From Fimbriimonadia bacterium (GTDB lineage: Bacteria > Armatimonadota > Fimbriimonadia > Fimbriimonadales > JABRVX01), in NCBI GenBank assembly GCA_041483895.1, contig JBGPGO010000004.1, positions 96,001-160,000 on the forward strand: a DNA stretch of 64,000 bases, in the 5' to 3' direction. Below, piece after piece: positions 40,049-49,846 of this stretch; within the stretch, counting starts at the first letter, position 1; every line of letters starts with the position of its first letter. Position numbers and translations under genes: made by a program. Below the pieces are notes generated by a model. It searched no databases and was not told where the DNA came from. It saw only the letters and a list, made by a program, of their open reading frames with translations.

Positions 40049-41332
40049 TTGATCCTCAACGAGCGATATGAACTGGTGCCGACTGCCAAGCTCACTGAGC
40101 ATCCGGATAATCCCAGGCGTGGTGATGTGGAGGCGATCGGGCAGTCAATTGACGCCAACGGGTTCTTTGGGACTCTGGTGGTCCAGAAATCAACGGGCCA
40201 CGTCTTGGTCGGGAACCACCGGCTGCGAGCCGCCATTGCCAAGGGCATTGAGGAAGTGCCGGTCGTTTACGTCGATGTGGACGATGAGAAAGCGCGGCGA
40301 ATACTGCTGGCTGATAACCGTCTGAGCCACCTTGCGACCAACGATGATGAGGTGCTGGCCGCTCTCCTGAAGGAACTAACGGAGTCGGAAGATGGACTCG
40401 TCGGCACCGGGTACGCGGACGATGACCTTGCGGCGCTTCTGAAACTGTTCGAGGATGAAGGAAACGTGGTGGAGGATCCCGGCCCTCAGATCGACAAGGC
40501 CGATGAGCTGCAGAAGAAGTGGAAGACGAAGCCCGGACAGCTGTGGCTCGTTGGAGCGCACCGCCTTTTGTGTGGTGATTGCACGAACCCATATGACGTG
40601 GCGCGGGTGATGGATGGGAAGAAGGCCGCGCTGTTCGCAACCGATCCGCCTTACCTTGTCAATTACGATGCCCAGAACCACCCGTCGTCCTTAGAGTATC
40701 AGAAGCAGGTGGATGCCGGAACGAAGAAGCCGAAGAACAAGGACTGGTCGTCGAGCTACGGCGGCAGTTGGGATGATGCCGATGCCAACTCAAGCCTGTA
40801 CCACTCCTTCATCAAGTGCGCCGTGGAGATTGCAATCAAACCGAATGCGGCCTGGTACACATGGCACGCACAGCGCCGGCAGGCCATGCTGGAAGCCGTG
40901 TGGAACGAGTTCGGCGCGTTCTGGCATCAGACCATCCACTGGATCAAGAACTGCCCGGTGCTCGGCTACAGCTACTACATGAACGCCTCGGAGTCGTGCG
41001 CTTTCGGCTGGGTCAAAAGCCACGAGCCGCCACGCCTCGCGGGCGACTACCCCAAGAACGTTTGGGAGTTCCCCAACCGTGGGGAAGGTCAAGACGACAT
41101 CGAGCATCCGACGGTCAAGCCGGTCGGTGTGTTCACGATCCCGATGGAGCAGCACACGAAGAAGGGCGACATCTGCTACGAACCGTTCTCAGGTTCCGGC
41201 AGCCAGATCGTAGCGGGTGAGCAGCTTGGCCGCAAGGTGTACGCCATCGAAATCGAGCCCAGGTACGTCGCCGTCGCGTTGGAAAGGCTGTCCGGATGCG
41301 GCCTGACTCCGGGGTTGGAGAAGGCCAAATAG
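40049..41332 (+). CDS. ParB-like domain fused to N4/N6 DNA methyltransferase (phage type)
   Basis: HPDNPR..VGNHRL..LADNR; TDPPY, HPTVKP, EPFSGSGS; AAAGGAGGT RBS before TTG 40049. Confidence 0.88.
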   Translation: MILNERYELVPTAKLTEHPDNPRRGDVEAIGQSIDANGFFGTLVVQKSTGHVLVGNHRLRAAIAKGIEEVPVVYVDVDDEKARRILLADNRLSHLATNDDEVLAALLKELTESEDGLVGTGYADDDLAALLKLFEDEGNVVEDPGPQIDKADELQKKWKTKPGQLWLVGAHRLLCGDCTNPYDVARVMDGKKAALFATDPPYLVNYDAQNHPSSLEYQKQVDAGTKKPKNKDWSSSYGGSWDDADANSSLYHSFIKCAVEIAIKPNAAWYTWHAQRRQAMLEAVWNEFGAFWHQTIHWIKNCPVLGYSYYMNASESCAFGWVKSHEPPRLAGDYPKNVWEFPNRGEGQDDIEHPTVKPVGVFTIPMEQHTKKGDICYEPFSGSGSQIVAGEQLGRKVYAIEIEPRYVAVALERLSGCGLTPGLEKAK

Positions 41333-41343
41333 GTGAGCGAAGA

Positions 41344-41742
41344 ATGAGCGATTCTGATAAGACGGAATTCAACTTTGAACCGGAATTCGTGATTCTTGTT
41401 GCTTCCGGTCTTAGCATTCGGGCGGCGGCTCGGCAGCTTGGCATACCTGAAGCAACCGCCTACCGCATGTCGCAGGAACCTGAGTTTCGAAAGCTCGTAT
41501 CCGATGCTCGCCATACGATGCTTTCCGAAGGCGTGGGCGCCATGACCGCCGGCATCAAGTCCTCGATAACGAAGCTTCTTGCTCTTACCGCCGACAAGGA
41601 CAAGAAGATCAGTCTGAGCGCCATCCGCACGCATCTGAGCGAGATGACCAGGTTCACCGAACTGCTCGAACTTTCGGAGCGGGTGCAGGCACTCGAAGAG
41701 AGCATGTCCCAAACGCAAGGCCAGGAGCGCTGGGGACTATGA
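41344..41742 (+). CDS. HTH protein resembling phage small-terminase-like proteins
   Basis: LVASGLSIRAAARQLGIPEATAYR..PEF followed by helical region ending ELSERVQALEE. Confidence 0.65.
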   Translation: MSDSDKTEFNFEPEFVILVASGLSIRAAARQLGIPEATAYRMSQEPEFRKLVSDARHTMLSEGVGAMTAGIKSSITKLLALTADKDKKISLSAIRTHLSEMTRFTELLELSERVQALEESMSQTQGQERWGL

Positions 41743-42302
41743 GACAGCGCGTGAAGACGGCCGCCACCATAACCCGCAGGCTCTTCGATCTGGAGGGCCG
41801 GATGCCGTCAAAGGCTGACGAAGAGCCATTGGGACCCGTGTCACCCAATCTCGTGGCGATTGTCGTCGCCACCTTTGCCGACATGGAATGGTACGACGTT
41901 CCAAGCGAAGACGGTCGGCGGCTAGAGCAAGTTATTGTTTCGCCCTATGACGCATGCCTTCGCGCCTGGAGCGGTCCCTACTACCATTCCGATGGAACCA
42001 TATCGAGATCAGGGCTGCCCCAAGAACTTGCAGAGCGGATTACATGGCTCACTCGTTCCATATGGGAAGGGCTGGAAGAAGAGTACAGGAACGCGAATCG
42101 AGCCAGCGTCTGGATCTCCATACCCTTTACCAATCTCCTCGAAGCGGGCCTGACCGGCCTCATCTCGACCCCAAAGATTGAGCCGAGGGACCCAAGAGTG
42201 CGCGAACTTTGTGAAATCCTTCTTAGCCTCTATGACATCGCCTTGGACGTAAAGAAGCCAAAACCATCGCGCATGTCCACCTTTTTGAGGCTCCGAGGTT
42301 GA
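41739..42302 (+). CDS. Hypothetical protein, paralog of 42622-43230
   Basis: Coupled start/stop; shares DPRVRELxxxLLxxY. Confidence 0.6.
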   Translation: MRQRVKTAATITRRLFDLEGRMPSKADEEPLGPVSPNLVAIVVATFADMEWYDVPSEDGRRLEQVIVSPYDACLRAWSGPYYHSDGTISRSGLPQELAERITWLTRSIWEGLEEEYRNANRASVWISIPFTNLLEAGLTGLISTPKIEPRDPRVRELCEILLSLYDIALDVKKPKPSRMSTFLRLRG

Positions 42303-42634
42303 TGCGGGTGCAAACAAGGTTGGAGCGGCTTGAACGCTCAGCCCGGGTTGCTTCCGGCGCGGAGCTGATCCCGATGCCGGACCTCGAGCGCTGGACTGAC
42401 GAGGAGTTGGAATCGTTGGCTTCGCTTCGCATACTTGACGACGATTGGTTGGATAGGCTCAGTGATGCGGACCTCGAGCGCATGGCGAGAGGGGAGCGTG
42501 TCCCAGGCTTCGATTACTCACGGCCACTTCCGAAAGCCGACCCAGAAGCATCGAAAGAGATGGACCGCATTTTGAGGCGCGTGGACGAGCGGCTAAGACG
42601 GGAAGACGCCAGGGGTGTGAAGTGCGAAGCCTGA
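42302..42634 (+). CDS. Hypothetical protein
   Basis: RLERLE N-terminus; LxDEELE/LSDADLE internal repeats; coupled to neighbours. Confidence 0.6.
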   Translation: MRVQTRLERLERSARVASGAELIPMPDLERWTDEELESLASLRILDDDWLDRLSDADLERMARGERVPGFDYSRPLPKADPEASKEMDRILRRVDERLRREDARGVKCEA

Positions 42635-43230
42635 ACTCGTTGGAGCGCCAACTAAAGAAGATGGAAGCCAGGCTCCCGAAACCACGAGAGGAAAAGCCGT
42701 ACCATCCGGATCAGATCGCATTCATAGCATCTTGGAGCGCTTGCACGAAAGGACTCGTCACCTTCGACGTGGCCGCAAGAAGATTCGTAGATATTCGATT
42801 TGAGACGTTTGAGGCGGCGTGCGAACACTTCTGGGGAGAGCCGCACGTGGGGTGGGGCGGCAAAACAACTCCGCCGGCATTCGACTCGGCCGTGGCACGA
42901 AGGATCGCAACGCTGGCGGTGGGCTACGCTAGGGAAGTGGGCGAAAGAGCTCTCCGGGATGGATGCGGTGGGCCGACCGGCTGCTCCGAGGAATACGCCC
43001 TGCACCTGAGCCATCGATATCATGGCCAGAATTCGCTCTGCGCAGCGATGACCGACGGCATGGTCGGCATGCTATCGAATCCGAAGACTTTTCACCCGGA
43101 TCCCCGAATCCGCGAGCTCTCGGCACTTCTCCTGCCGCGCTATCCGAACGTATCTCTCGATGGGGAGCGAATGCATCCGGATCGCCGGGGCGAAGCCGCC
43201 GCCGGGAAGGAACATGACCGGTCCAACTGA
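42622..43230 (+). CDS. Hypothetical protein, paralog of 41739-42302
   Basis: LERQLKKME N-terminus; DPRIRELSALLLPRY. Confidence 0.6.
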   Translation: MRSLNSLERQLKKMEARLPKPREEKPYHPDQIAFIASWSACTKGLVTFDVAARRFVDIRFETFEAACEHFWGEPHVGWGGKTTPPAFDSAVARRIATLAVGYAREVGERALRDGCGGPTGCSEEYALHLSHRYHGQNSLCAAMTDGMVGMLSNPKTFHPDPRIRELSALLLPRYPNVSLDGERMHPDRRGEAAAGKEHDRSN

Positions 43231-43241
43231 AATGCTTCAGC

Positions 43242-43646
43242 ATGCGCACCACAATTTGCAGGCTAGCCGAATTTGAAACGACGTCGCCGCATGGGAATGC
43301 AGGGCTCGTGGGCTTCTTCAACCGGACGACTCCAAGCCGCTATCCTTCTCCGTTGCCTCCCATGGTGTTTGGGACCGAGATCGCCTACGAGCCAAGCGAA
43401 AGCGGTCGGACGGCCAAGGTCGAGGTGGTAGTGATCGATGAGGACGGCCATCGCGTCCTAACGATCACGAGAGATGTTGAGCTGTATCCAACAGGCGACG
43501 GATCGGAAGGGCGGGCATGGATAAGTCACACCTTCGGGACTGATGAACCGCCGGTCATCCCTGGTCCTGGCGAATACCGGTTCGACGTTCTCGTTGACGG
43601 CCACCTTGTTGCGTACGACCGACTGGTTTTCGCCAGCTTGGCCTAG
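43242..43646 (+). CDS. Small Ig-like beta-sandwich protein (DUF6941-like)
   Basis: GFF..YP..LP and PGPGEYRFDVLVDG pattern. Confidence 0.6.
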   Translation: MRTTICRLAEFETTSPHGNAGLVGFFNRTTPSRYPSPLPPMVFGTEIAYEPSESGRTAKVEVVVIDEDGHRVLTITRDVELYPTGDGSEGRAWISHTFGTDEPPVIPGPGEYRFDVLVDGHLVAYDRLVFASLA

Positions 43647-43759
43647 CTCTGCGAGGAACACCCAGGAAGCGCCCAAAACGCGCGCCGTGGCGCGACGGTC
43701 GGCATTTGTGCGCCACTCGTCCCAAGCTAGTCCTATGGGCCACTGACCACCTCCAAACA

Positions 43760-43787
43760 CCTATCGATAATGGTTCTTTTCGATAGG
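43760..43787 (+). other. 28-bp dif-like recombination site 1
   Basis: CCTATCGATAA-TGGTTC-TTTTCGATAGG. Confidence 0.8.
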
Positions 43788-43827
43788 TCATCGCTCCAGT
43801 GAGCCCATTCTAGGCGTGGTCACCAAT

Positions 43828-43895
43828 TCTTGATGCAGTCTTGATACTTCCGGACTGATTGTTGATGCCTTCTTGTCGCAGTGCGACCGTACAAT
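43828..43895 (+). promoter_or_regulatory. Putative kdp promoter: KdpE/OmpR-type direct repeats and -10 box
   Basis: TCTTGAT at 43828 and 43839 (11-bp period), TGTTGAT at 43860, TACAAT at 43890. Confidence 0.55.
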
Positions 43896-43901
43896 TCAAT
43901 C

Positions 43902-43988
43902 ATGGAATTGGCCATCGTCGTCCTCATGATCATGCTCTTGGCCGCGTCTTACGGTCTGGTATGGCTGTGTGGCCGGTTGGAGGAATAG
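43902..43988 (+). CDS. Small hydrophobic kdp-associated peptide (28 aa)
   Basis: MELAIVVLMIMLLAASYGLVWLCGRLEE; supplies GGAGG RBS for kdpF. Confidence 0.65.
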   Translation: MELAIVVLMIMLLAASYGLVWLCGRLEE

Positions 43989-43990
43989 AC

Positions 43991-44071
43991 ATGTACTGGG
44001 TCGCCGGTATATTGACCTTGCTGCTGTTGGGCTATCTGATCGAAGCCATGCTGGAACCGGAGCGATTCTGA
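43991..44071 (+). CDS. kdpF: K+-transporting ATPase subunit F
   Basis: MYWVAGILTLLLLGYLIEAMLEPERF; TGA overlaps kdpA ATG. Confidence 0.85.
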   Translation: MYWVAGILTLLLLGYLIEAMLEPERF

Positions 44072-45768
44072 TGTCATCGGACTGGCTTCAAATCGCGATA
44101 TATGTCGTCCTGCTGATGATTCTCGCTGTGCCCCTTGGCGCCTATATGGCAAAGGTGCTCGAAGATCAGCGCACCTTTCTTTCTCCGGTGTTCGGCCCGA
44201 TCGAGCGGGTGCTCTATCGCCTGGGCGCAATCTCGCCGGAAGAGGGCATGGATTGGAAGACCTACGCGAAGGCTGTTCTTGCCTTCAGTTTCATCGGACT
44301 GGTGGTCGTCTACCTGCTGCAGCGGCTGCAGGGCAACCTGCCACTCAATCCCGCCAGACTTGGCCCCGTATCTCCTGACCTGTCCTTCAACACCGCGTCC
44401 AGCTTCGCAACGAATACGAATTGGCAGAGCTATGGGGGAGAAACGACCCTCAGCTATTTCACCCAGATGGTGGCGCTCACCGTTCAGAATTTCGTCAGCG
44501 CCGCAACCGGCATCGCGGTCTTGGCCGCGCTGATTCGCGGCATTCGCGGCAAGCAGATCCAGGCGATCGGCAACTTTTGGGCCGACCTAACGAGATCGAC
44601 AATTTACATCCTGTTACCGCTCGCAATACTCCTAAGCATTGTGTTCGTGTCCCAGGGGGTGGTTCAGACCTTCGATCCGTACGTCAAGGCGCTGACCCTG
44701 GAGGGCAAAGAGCAGGTGATTGCCGTCGGACCGGCCGCTTCCCAAATCGCCATCAAGCAACTAGGAACCAACGGCGGAGGGTTCTTCAATGTCAATTCGG
44801 CGCACCCATTTGAGAACCCAACACCTCTGACCAACCTTCTCAGCTGTCTCGCCATCCTATTGATCGGGGCGGGGGTCTGCCACACCTACGGGATCATGGT
44901 AAAGGATAGTCGACAGGGGTGGGCGCTCTTGACAGCGATGACAATACTCTTCCTACTCTTCGTCATCCCGTGCACCCGCGCGGAGCAGTCCGGCAATCCA
45001 CTGTTCGCCAAACTGGGCCTTGCCTCGACCGAGAACTGGGAGGGCAAAGAGGCGCGAATCGGAATCGGCAACTCTACCCTATGGGCGGTGGCCACTACCA
45101 GCGCGAGCAACGGTTCCGTCAACTCCATGCACGATTCGTACACCCCGTTGGGTGGCATGTTCCCAATGATCCTGATCCAGCTAGGGGAGGTGGTTTTTGG
45201 TGGCGTTGGGTCGGGCCTGTATGGAATGCTGATCTTCGCCGTAGTTGCCGTGTTCGTCGCGGGCTTGATGGTCGGACGTACGCCGGAATACCTCGGGAAG
45301 AAGATCGAGGCGTACGAGATGAAAATGGCGTCCGTGGTCATCCTAATCCCATGCGCGCTTGTGTTGCTCGGGACAGCCATCCCTCTCATGGCCGGCACGG
45401 GTCAATCCAGCATGGCAAATCCGGGCGCGCACGGTTTCAGCGAACTGCTCTACAACTATTCGAGCATGGGCAACAACAACGGTTCCGCCTTCGGCGGATT
45501 CAACGCGAACGTGCCGTTCCATAACATTCTGGGTGGAGTCGTCATGTGGATCAGCCGATTCTGGATCACCGTTCCCATTTTGGCCATAGCCGGATCGTTG
45601 GCAAGAAAGAAGACCACTCCTTCCGGTCCTGGCACCCTCGCAACACACTCGCCGCTTTTTATAACGCTCCTGATCTCGATTGTGTTGATCGTGGGAGCCT
45701 TGACCTTCATCCCTGCACTTGCGTTGGGTCCGATTGCGGAGCAGATAACTTATGCTACACAAAACTAA
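44071..45768 (+). CDS. kdpA: K+-transporting ATPase subunit A
   Basis: [40 protein letters not shown]. Confidence 0.97.
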   Translation: MSSDWLQIAIYVVLLMILAVPLGAYMAKVLEDQRTFLSPVFGPIERVLYRLGAISPEEGMDWKTYAKAVLAFSFIGLVVVYLLQRLQGNLPLNPARLGPVSPDLSFNTASSFATNTNWQSYGGETTLSYFTQMVALTVQNFVSAATGIAVLAALIRGIRGKQIQAIGNFWADLTRSTIYILLPLAILLSIVFVSQGVVQTFDPYVKALTLEGKEQVIAVGPAASQIAIKQLGTNGGGFFNVNSAHPFENPTPLTNLLSCLAILLIGAGVCHTYGIMVKDSRQGWALLTAMTILFLLFVIPCTRAEQSGNPLFAKLGLASTENWEGKEARIGIGNSTLWAVATTSASNGSVNSMHDSYTPLGGMFPMILIQLGEVVFGGVGSGLYGMLIFAVVAVFVAGLMVGRTPEYLGKKIEAYEMKMASVVILIPCALVLLGTAIPLMAGTGQSSMANPGAHGFSELLYNYSSMGNNNGSAFGGFNANVPFHNILGGVVMWISRFWITVPILAIAGSLARKKTTPSGPGTLATHSPLFITLLISIVLIVGALTFIPALALGPIAEQITYATQN

Positions 45769-47821
45769 GGCGACGTCACTCTTCGAACTGTCGATTGTAC
45801 GACGAGCGGTCGGCGACTCGTTCAGGAAGCTCAACCCACGGTTGCAACTTCGAAATCCGGTCATGTTCGTCGTATACATCGCCTCGATCCTGACGACAGT
45901 CCTGTGGCTCCAATCGCTGGGCGGAAGCGGAGAGGCTTCGCCAGCGTTCATCCTATGGATATCGATCTGGCTCTGGTTCACGGTCCTCTTTGCCAACTTC
46001 GCGGAGGCGGTCGCCGAAGGGCGCGGCAAGGCGCAAGCTGACTCACTTCGTCAGGCACGGAAGGGCCTTACCGCCAAGAAACTTGACAAGCCCAGTCGCG
46101 ATTCCGAATGGACCGCGGTGGATGCATCCACGCTTCGGCGCGGAGATATCGTTCTGGCTGAAGCAGGCGACTTCATTCCTGGAGATGGCGACGTGATCGA
46201 AGGCGCAGCTTCTATCGATGAGAGTGCAATCACAGGAGAATCGGCCCCAGTTATCCGAGAATCAGGCGGGGATCGCAGCGCGGTTACTGGCGGAACGAGA
46301 GTGTTAAGCGATTGGGTCATCGTTCGCACGTCCGCCAATCCTGGAGAAAGTTTTTTAGACCGCATGATCGGCATGGTGGAAGGAGCGAAGAGGCAGAAGA
46401 CTCCGAACGAAATCGCGCTAAGCATCTTGCTTGCGGCGATGACGATCATCTTCCTACTCGCATGCGCCACCCTGCTGCCATTCTCGATATACGCCGCGAA
46501 CTCCGCCGGTCAGGGGAGCCCAATAACGGTCACCACACTGGTCGCGCTGCTCGTCTGCCTGATCCCGACCACGATTGGTGGTCTCTTGAGCGCGATCGGG
46601 ATCGCGGGTATGGACCGGCTGATGCGTAAGAACGTCATCGCGATGTCCGGCCGATCCGTGGAGGCGGCGGGTGACGTGAATGTGCTGCTGCTCGACAAAA
46701 CCGGGACCATCACGCTCGGAAATCGCCACGCCGTCGCTTTCCGATCCGCACCAGGAGTCGAGGAAAAGGAACTCGCTGAGGCGGCGCAGATGTCGTCCCT
46801 AGCGGATGAGACGCCGGAGGGCCGCAGCATCGTGGTCCTTGCCAAGGAGCAGTTCGGGATTCGCGAGGTCGACATTCAGGGGCTCGAGGCTCACTTTCAA
46901 CCGTTTTCCGCCCAGACGCGAATGAGCGGTATCAGCACGAACGGCCGTGAAATTCGCAAAGGCGCGGCGGATGCGGTCTGGAAGTGGGTTGAGGAATTGG
47001 GTGGCCACATGCCTCATCAGGTGGAAGCGGATATAGAGGACATCGCCAAAGAGGGTGGCACGCCGCTGGTCGTCGCGGAAAGGTCTCGCATCCTGGGCGT
47101 CGTCCATCTCAAGGATATCATCAAGGGTGGCATCAAGGATCGGTTCGCCGACCTGCGAAACATGGGCATTCGGACCGTGATGATCACGGGTGATAATCCG
47201 CTTACGGCCGCGTCTATCGCAGCGGAGGCTGGTGTGGACGACTTCCTTGCAGAGGCGACACCGGAAGCCAAGCTCCAACTGATTCGGGAATATCAGCAGG
47301 GCGGCCAACTGGTTGCGATGACCGGGGACGGCACCAATGATGCCCCTGCGTTGGCGCAGGCGGATGTCGCGGTTGCGATGAATACAGGTACGCAGGCTGC
47401 CAAAGAGGCGGGCAACATGGTTGACCTGGATAGCAATCCGACGAAGCTGATCGAGATTGTCGAGACCGGCAAGCAGCTCTTGATGACGCGTGGCGCGCTG
47501 ACGACATTCAGCATCGCCAATGATGTCGCCAAGTATTTCGCGATCATTCCGGCTGCCTTTGCGGGCATCTATCCGAAACTCGTGTTGCTTAATGTCATGG
47601 GCCTGAAGACGCCGGAAAGCGCGATTCTGTCGGCGGTCATTTTCAACGCCCTCATAATCATCGCGCTCATTCCTCTGGCGCTACGAGGCGTGGCGTATCG
47701 GCCAGTCGGTGCGGAAGCCGTCCTGCGGCGCAATCTGCTGGTCTACGGCGTTGGGGGCCTCCTCATCCCCTTTATCGGGATTAAGGCGGTCGACCTCATT
47801 CTAGGAGTATTCTATCGATGA
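45752..47821 (+). CDS. kdpB: K+-transporting ATPase subunit B
   Basis: [23 protein letters not shown]. Confidence 0.98.
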   Translation: MLHKTKATSLFELSIVRRAVGDSFRKLNPRLQLRNPVMFVVYIASILTTVLWLQSLGGSGEASPAFILWISIWLWFTVLFANFAEAVAEGRGKAQADSLRQARKGLTAKKLDKPSRDSEWTAVDASTLRRGDIVLAEAGDFIPGDGDVIEGAASIDESAITGESAPVIRESGGDRSAVTGGTRVLSDWVIVRTSANPGESFLDRMIGMVEGAKRQKTPNEIALSILLAAMTIIFLLACATLLPFSIYAANSAGQGSPITVTTLVALLVCLIPTTIGGLLSAIGIAGMDRLMRKNVIAMSGRSVEAAGDVNVLLLDKTGTITLGNRHAVAFRSAPGVEEKELAEAAQMSSLADETPEGRSIVVLAKEQFGIREVDIQGLEAHFQPFSAQTRMSGISTNGREIRKGAADAVWKWVEELGGHMPHQVEADIEDIAKEGGTPLVVAERSRILGVVHLKDIIKGGIKDRFADLRNMGIRTVMITGDNPLTAASIAAEAGVDDFLAEATPEAKLQLIREYQQGGQLVAMTGDGTNDAPALAQADVAVAMNTGTQAAKEAGNMVDLDSNPTKLIEIVETGKQLLMTRGALTTFSIANDVAKYFAIIPAAFAGIYPKLVLLNVMGLKTPESAILSAVIFNALIIIALIPLALRGVAYRPVGAEAVLRRNLLVYGVGGLLIPFIGIKAVDLILGVFYR

Positions 47822-48393
47822 AGACGTTGCGACAGGCGTTCATGCTATTCCTCGGCCTGACTATCCTAACCGGACTCGTCTATCCGCTCGCGATCACCCT
47901 GATCGCTAAGGGCGTTTTTCCAAGCCAAGCTGATGGGAGCCTCATTCGCCAAGGCGATCGGATCGTGGGATCGCGGCTGATCGGTCAGGAGTTCACGCAG
48001 TCCGGCTACTTTTGGGGCCGCCCCTCCGCGACGGCGGAGCACGCCTACAATGCGGCCGCCTCCAGTGGATCCAACCAAGGGCCGAACCATCCGGACTTCG
48101 AGAAGGCACTGCGCGAGCGCATCGATGTGCTCCGCCGAGCCGATCCTGGCAACCGAGCCAAAATCCCGACCGAACTGGTCACGGCATCCGGCAGTGGGCT
48201 CGACCCGCACATCAGCGTAGCTTCCGCCGAGTACCAGATCGGGCGAGTCTCGCGAGCACGGGGGATGTCCGATCAATTGCTGCGAAAGCTCATTGCGGAT
48301 CACACAGAGGGTCGCCAGTTCGGAGTTCTCGGTGAGCCTGTGGTCAACGTTTTGAAACTGAATCTCGCTCTTGATAAGATGGAGACGCGCTGA
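47818..48393 (+). CDS. kdpC: K+-transporting ATPase subunit C
   Basis: [39 protein letters not shown]. Confidence 0.96.
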   Translation: MKTLRQAFMLFLGLTILTGLVYPLAITLIAKGVFPSQADGSLIRQGDRIVGSRLIGQEFTQSGYFWGRPSATAEHAYNAAASSGSNQGPNHPDFEKALRERIDVLRRADPGNRAKIPTELVTASGSGLDPHISVASAEYQIGRVSRARGMSDQLLRKLIADHTEGRQFGVLGEPVVNVLKLNLALDKMETR

Positions 48394-49424
48394 TGATTGT
48401 TATTGCAATTGGACAGGGATTGTTAAGCATTACGGCGTATCTGGATGCGTATTATCAGGTTGAGCCCCGAACGGCGGAGTACGGAAACCTGATCCCGTTG
48501 CGCCAATTCGACACAAAGAACCGGGAATTCCGAGTTGCCGCGGCACAGGTGGACATCAACTACAAGCAGGGCAATTTCGCTGCCTTGGTTTCGCCCTGGA
48601 TCGGCGATAATTCAGACGTTTTGGAGCGAACAAATCCGAAGCATAACGACGTGCTCGATCATTTCGCGCAAGCCTACGTTACCGTCGAGCGCTTGGATGT
48701 TGGAAAGTTCTATTCCTGGTGCGGCTACGAAAGCCCTGAGTCAAGGCTCAGCGATTGCTACAGCCGTGGCCTTCTGTACACCCTCGCGGAGCCGGTGTGG
48801 CATTTTGGCCTGCGATATGCGTGGAATCTCAATCCAGGTTGGAACGGGAGCTTTTATCTCGTTCCTGCCTGGAACCAATCTGAGAGTCCAACAGAATCGG
48901 TGGGAGCCGCGGCGCAAATTCATAGGAAGTTTGGGTCCGCCACAGATGTCACGATTGGATACATGCGCAGTGAAGAAGGCGACAGCTCCCCAAATGCGTT
49001 CGGCGGATACGGTGGCATCGGATTCCCGAAGCCGGGGTCGTCAAGAGTCGGCATGTTCGATCTGATCGCCACGCATGTTGCTTCGAAATCGCTGCGGCTG
49101 GTCTTCAATGCCGACTACGGCATGGCTTCCGAGGGCGCAAATAGCGGCGTTTGGCTGGGAGCGGCGGCGTATGCAATCTATACGACCGCCGATAAATGGC
49201 AGATCGTCGGCCGCGCCGAGAGCTTCGCGGATCGGAGCGGCAATCGGGTCGGCGTACCGGCGTCTCTGTTCGAGGTCACTCTTACAGTGTCCCACAATAG
49301 CGACGGCATCATCAAGCGCCTGGAGATCCGCCACGACCGGGCCAACCATGGCCTGTTCGCCGGCGAAGACCATCAGACGACGGTGAGCCTCAGTCTGGGA
49401 GTGACATGGCAAGCGTTGCGATGA
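48393..49424 (+). CDS. Outer-membrane beta-barrel / porin (DUF1597/BBP2-like)
   Basis: YLDAYY, QAYV, GKF..GYE, YSR..L, RLEIRHD pattern; within kdp operon. Confidence 0.75.
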   Translation: MIVIAIGQGLLSITAYLDAYYQVEPRTAEYGNLIPLRQFDTKNREFRVAAAQVDINYKQGNFAALVSPWIGDNSDVLERTNPKHNDVLDHFAQAYVTVERLDVGKFYSWCGYESPESRLSDCYSRGLLYTLAEPVWHFGLRYAWNLNPGWNGSFYLVPAWNQSESPTESVGAAAQIHRKFGSATDVTIGYMRSEEGDSSPNAFGGYGGIGFPKPGSSRVGMFDLIATHVASKSLRLVFNADYGMASEGANSGVWLGAAAYAIYTTADKWQIVGRAESFADRSGNRVGVPASLFEVTLTVSHNSDGIIKRLEIRHDRANHGLFAGEDHQTTVSLSLGVTWQALR

Positions 49425-49843
49425 CTTCAGATCATTCGGCTCTTTTGGAACCCGTCAAGGTAATTACCTTTCGAATGCTATCCCATAACGCCATCATCGC
49501 CGTGCTCGATGCGGCCCGCAAGACCAGTACTGCGGTCGCGCTTGCGGTCATCGCCGATGACGCCGAAGCAATGCCGCTCAAACAGGCCTGGCGGGAACAT
49601 GTGGACCCCGTGGCGCCGGCGGTCCCGCTCTTCTTGCTGCACGCCAACCCCGACCGGGCCCAAGAGCGCACCGCGGAATATCTCGTGGAACTTCGGCATG
49701 TCTACCCTCGCCGGGAGATTGAAATCATCGTCGTCGCGAGCGGCATATCGAAAAACGAGGGCGTTGTTCCAAAATGGGTCAAGCAGCTTGACAAGGCTAT
49801 AGACGCACATGGAATTACCGACTACATTCTTCGCTTGGTGTAA
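49421..49843 (+). CDS. Hypothetical protein resembling the cytoplasmic C-terminal domain of APC/KimA-like K+ permeases
   Basis: LKQAW...PLFLL.ANP...EYL pattern; between porin and kdpD. Confidence 0.45.
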   Translation: MTSDHSALLEPVKVITFRMLSHNAIIAVLDAARKTSTAVALAVIADDAEAMPLKQAWREHVDPVAPAVPLFLLHANPDRAQERTAEYLVELRHVYPRREIEIIVVASGISKNEGVVPKWVKQLDKAIDAHGITDYILRLV

Positions 49844-49846
49844 CAA

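Noticed and set aside
37994..43646. Intact prophage
   Set aside because: No large terminase, portal, capsid, tail or lysis genes visible.
43760..43787. The 28-bp sites as the chromosomal dif
   Set aside because: Four copies within 19 kb, near-symmetric arms suited to a single recombinase, and one copy directly at the local recombinase gene. Involvement of host Xer cannot be fully excluded.
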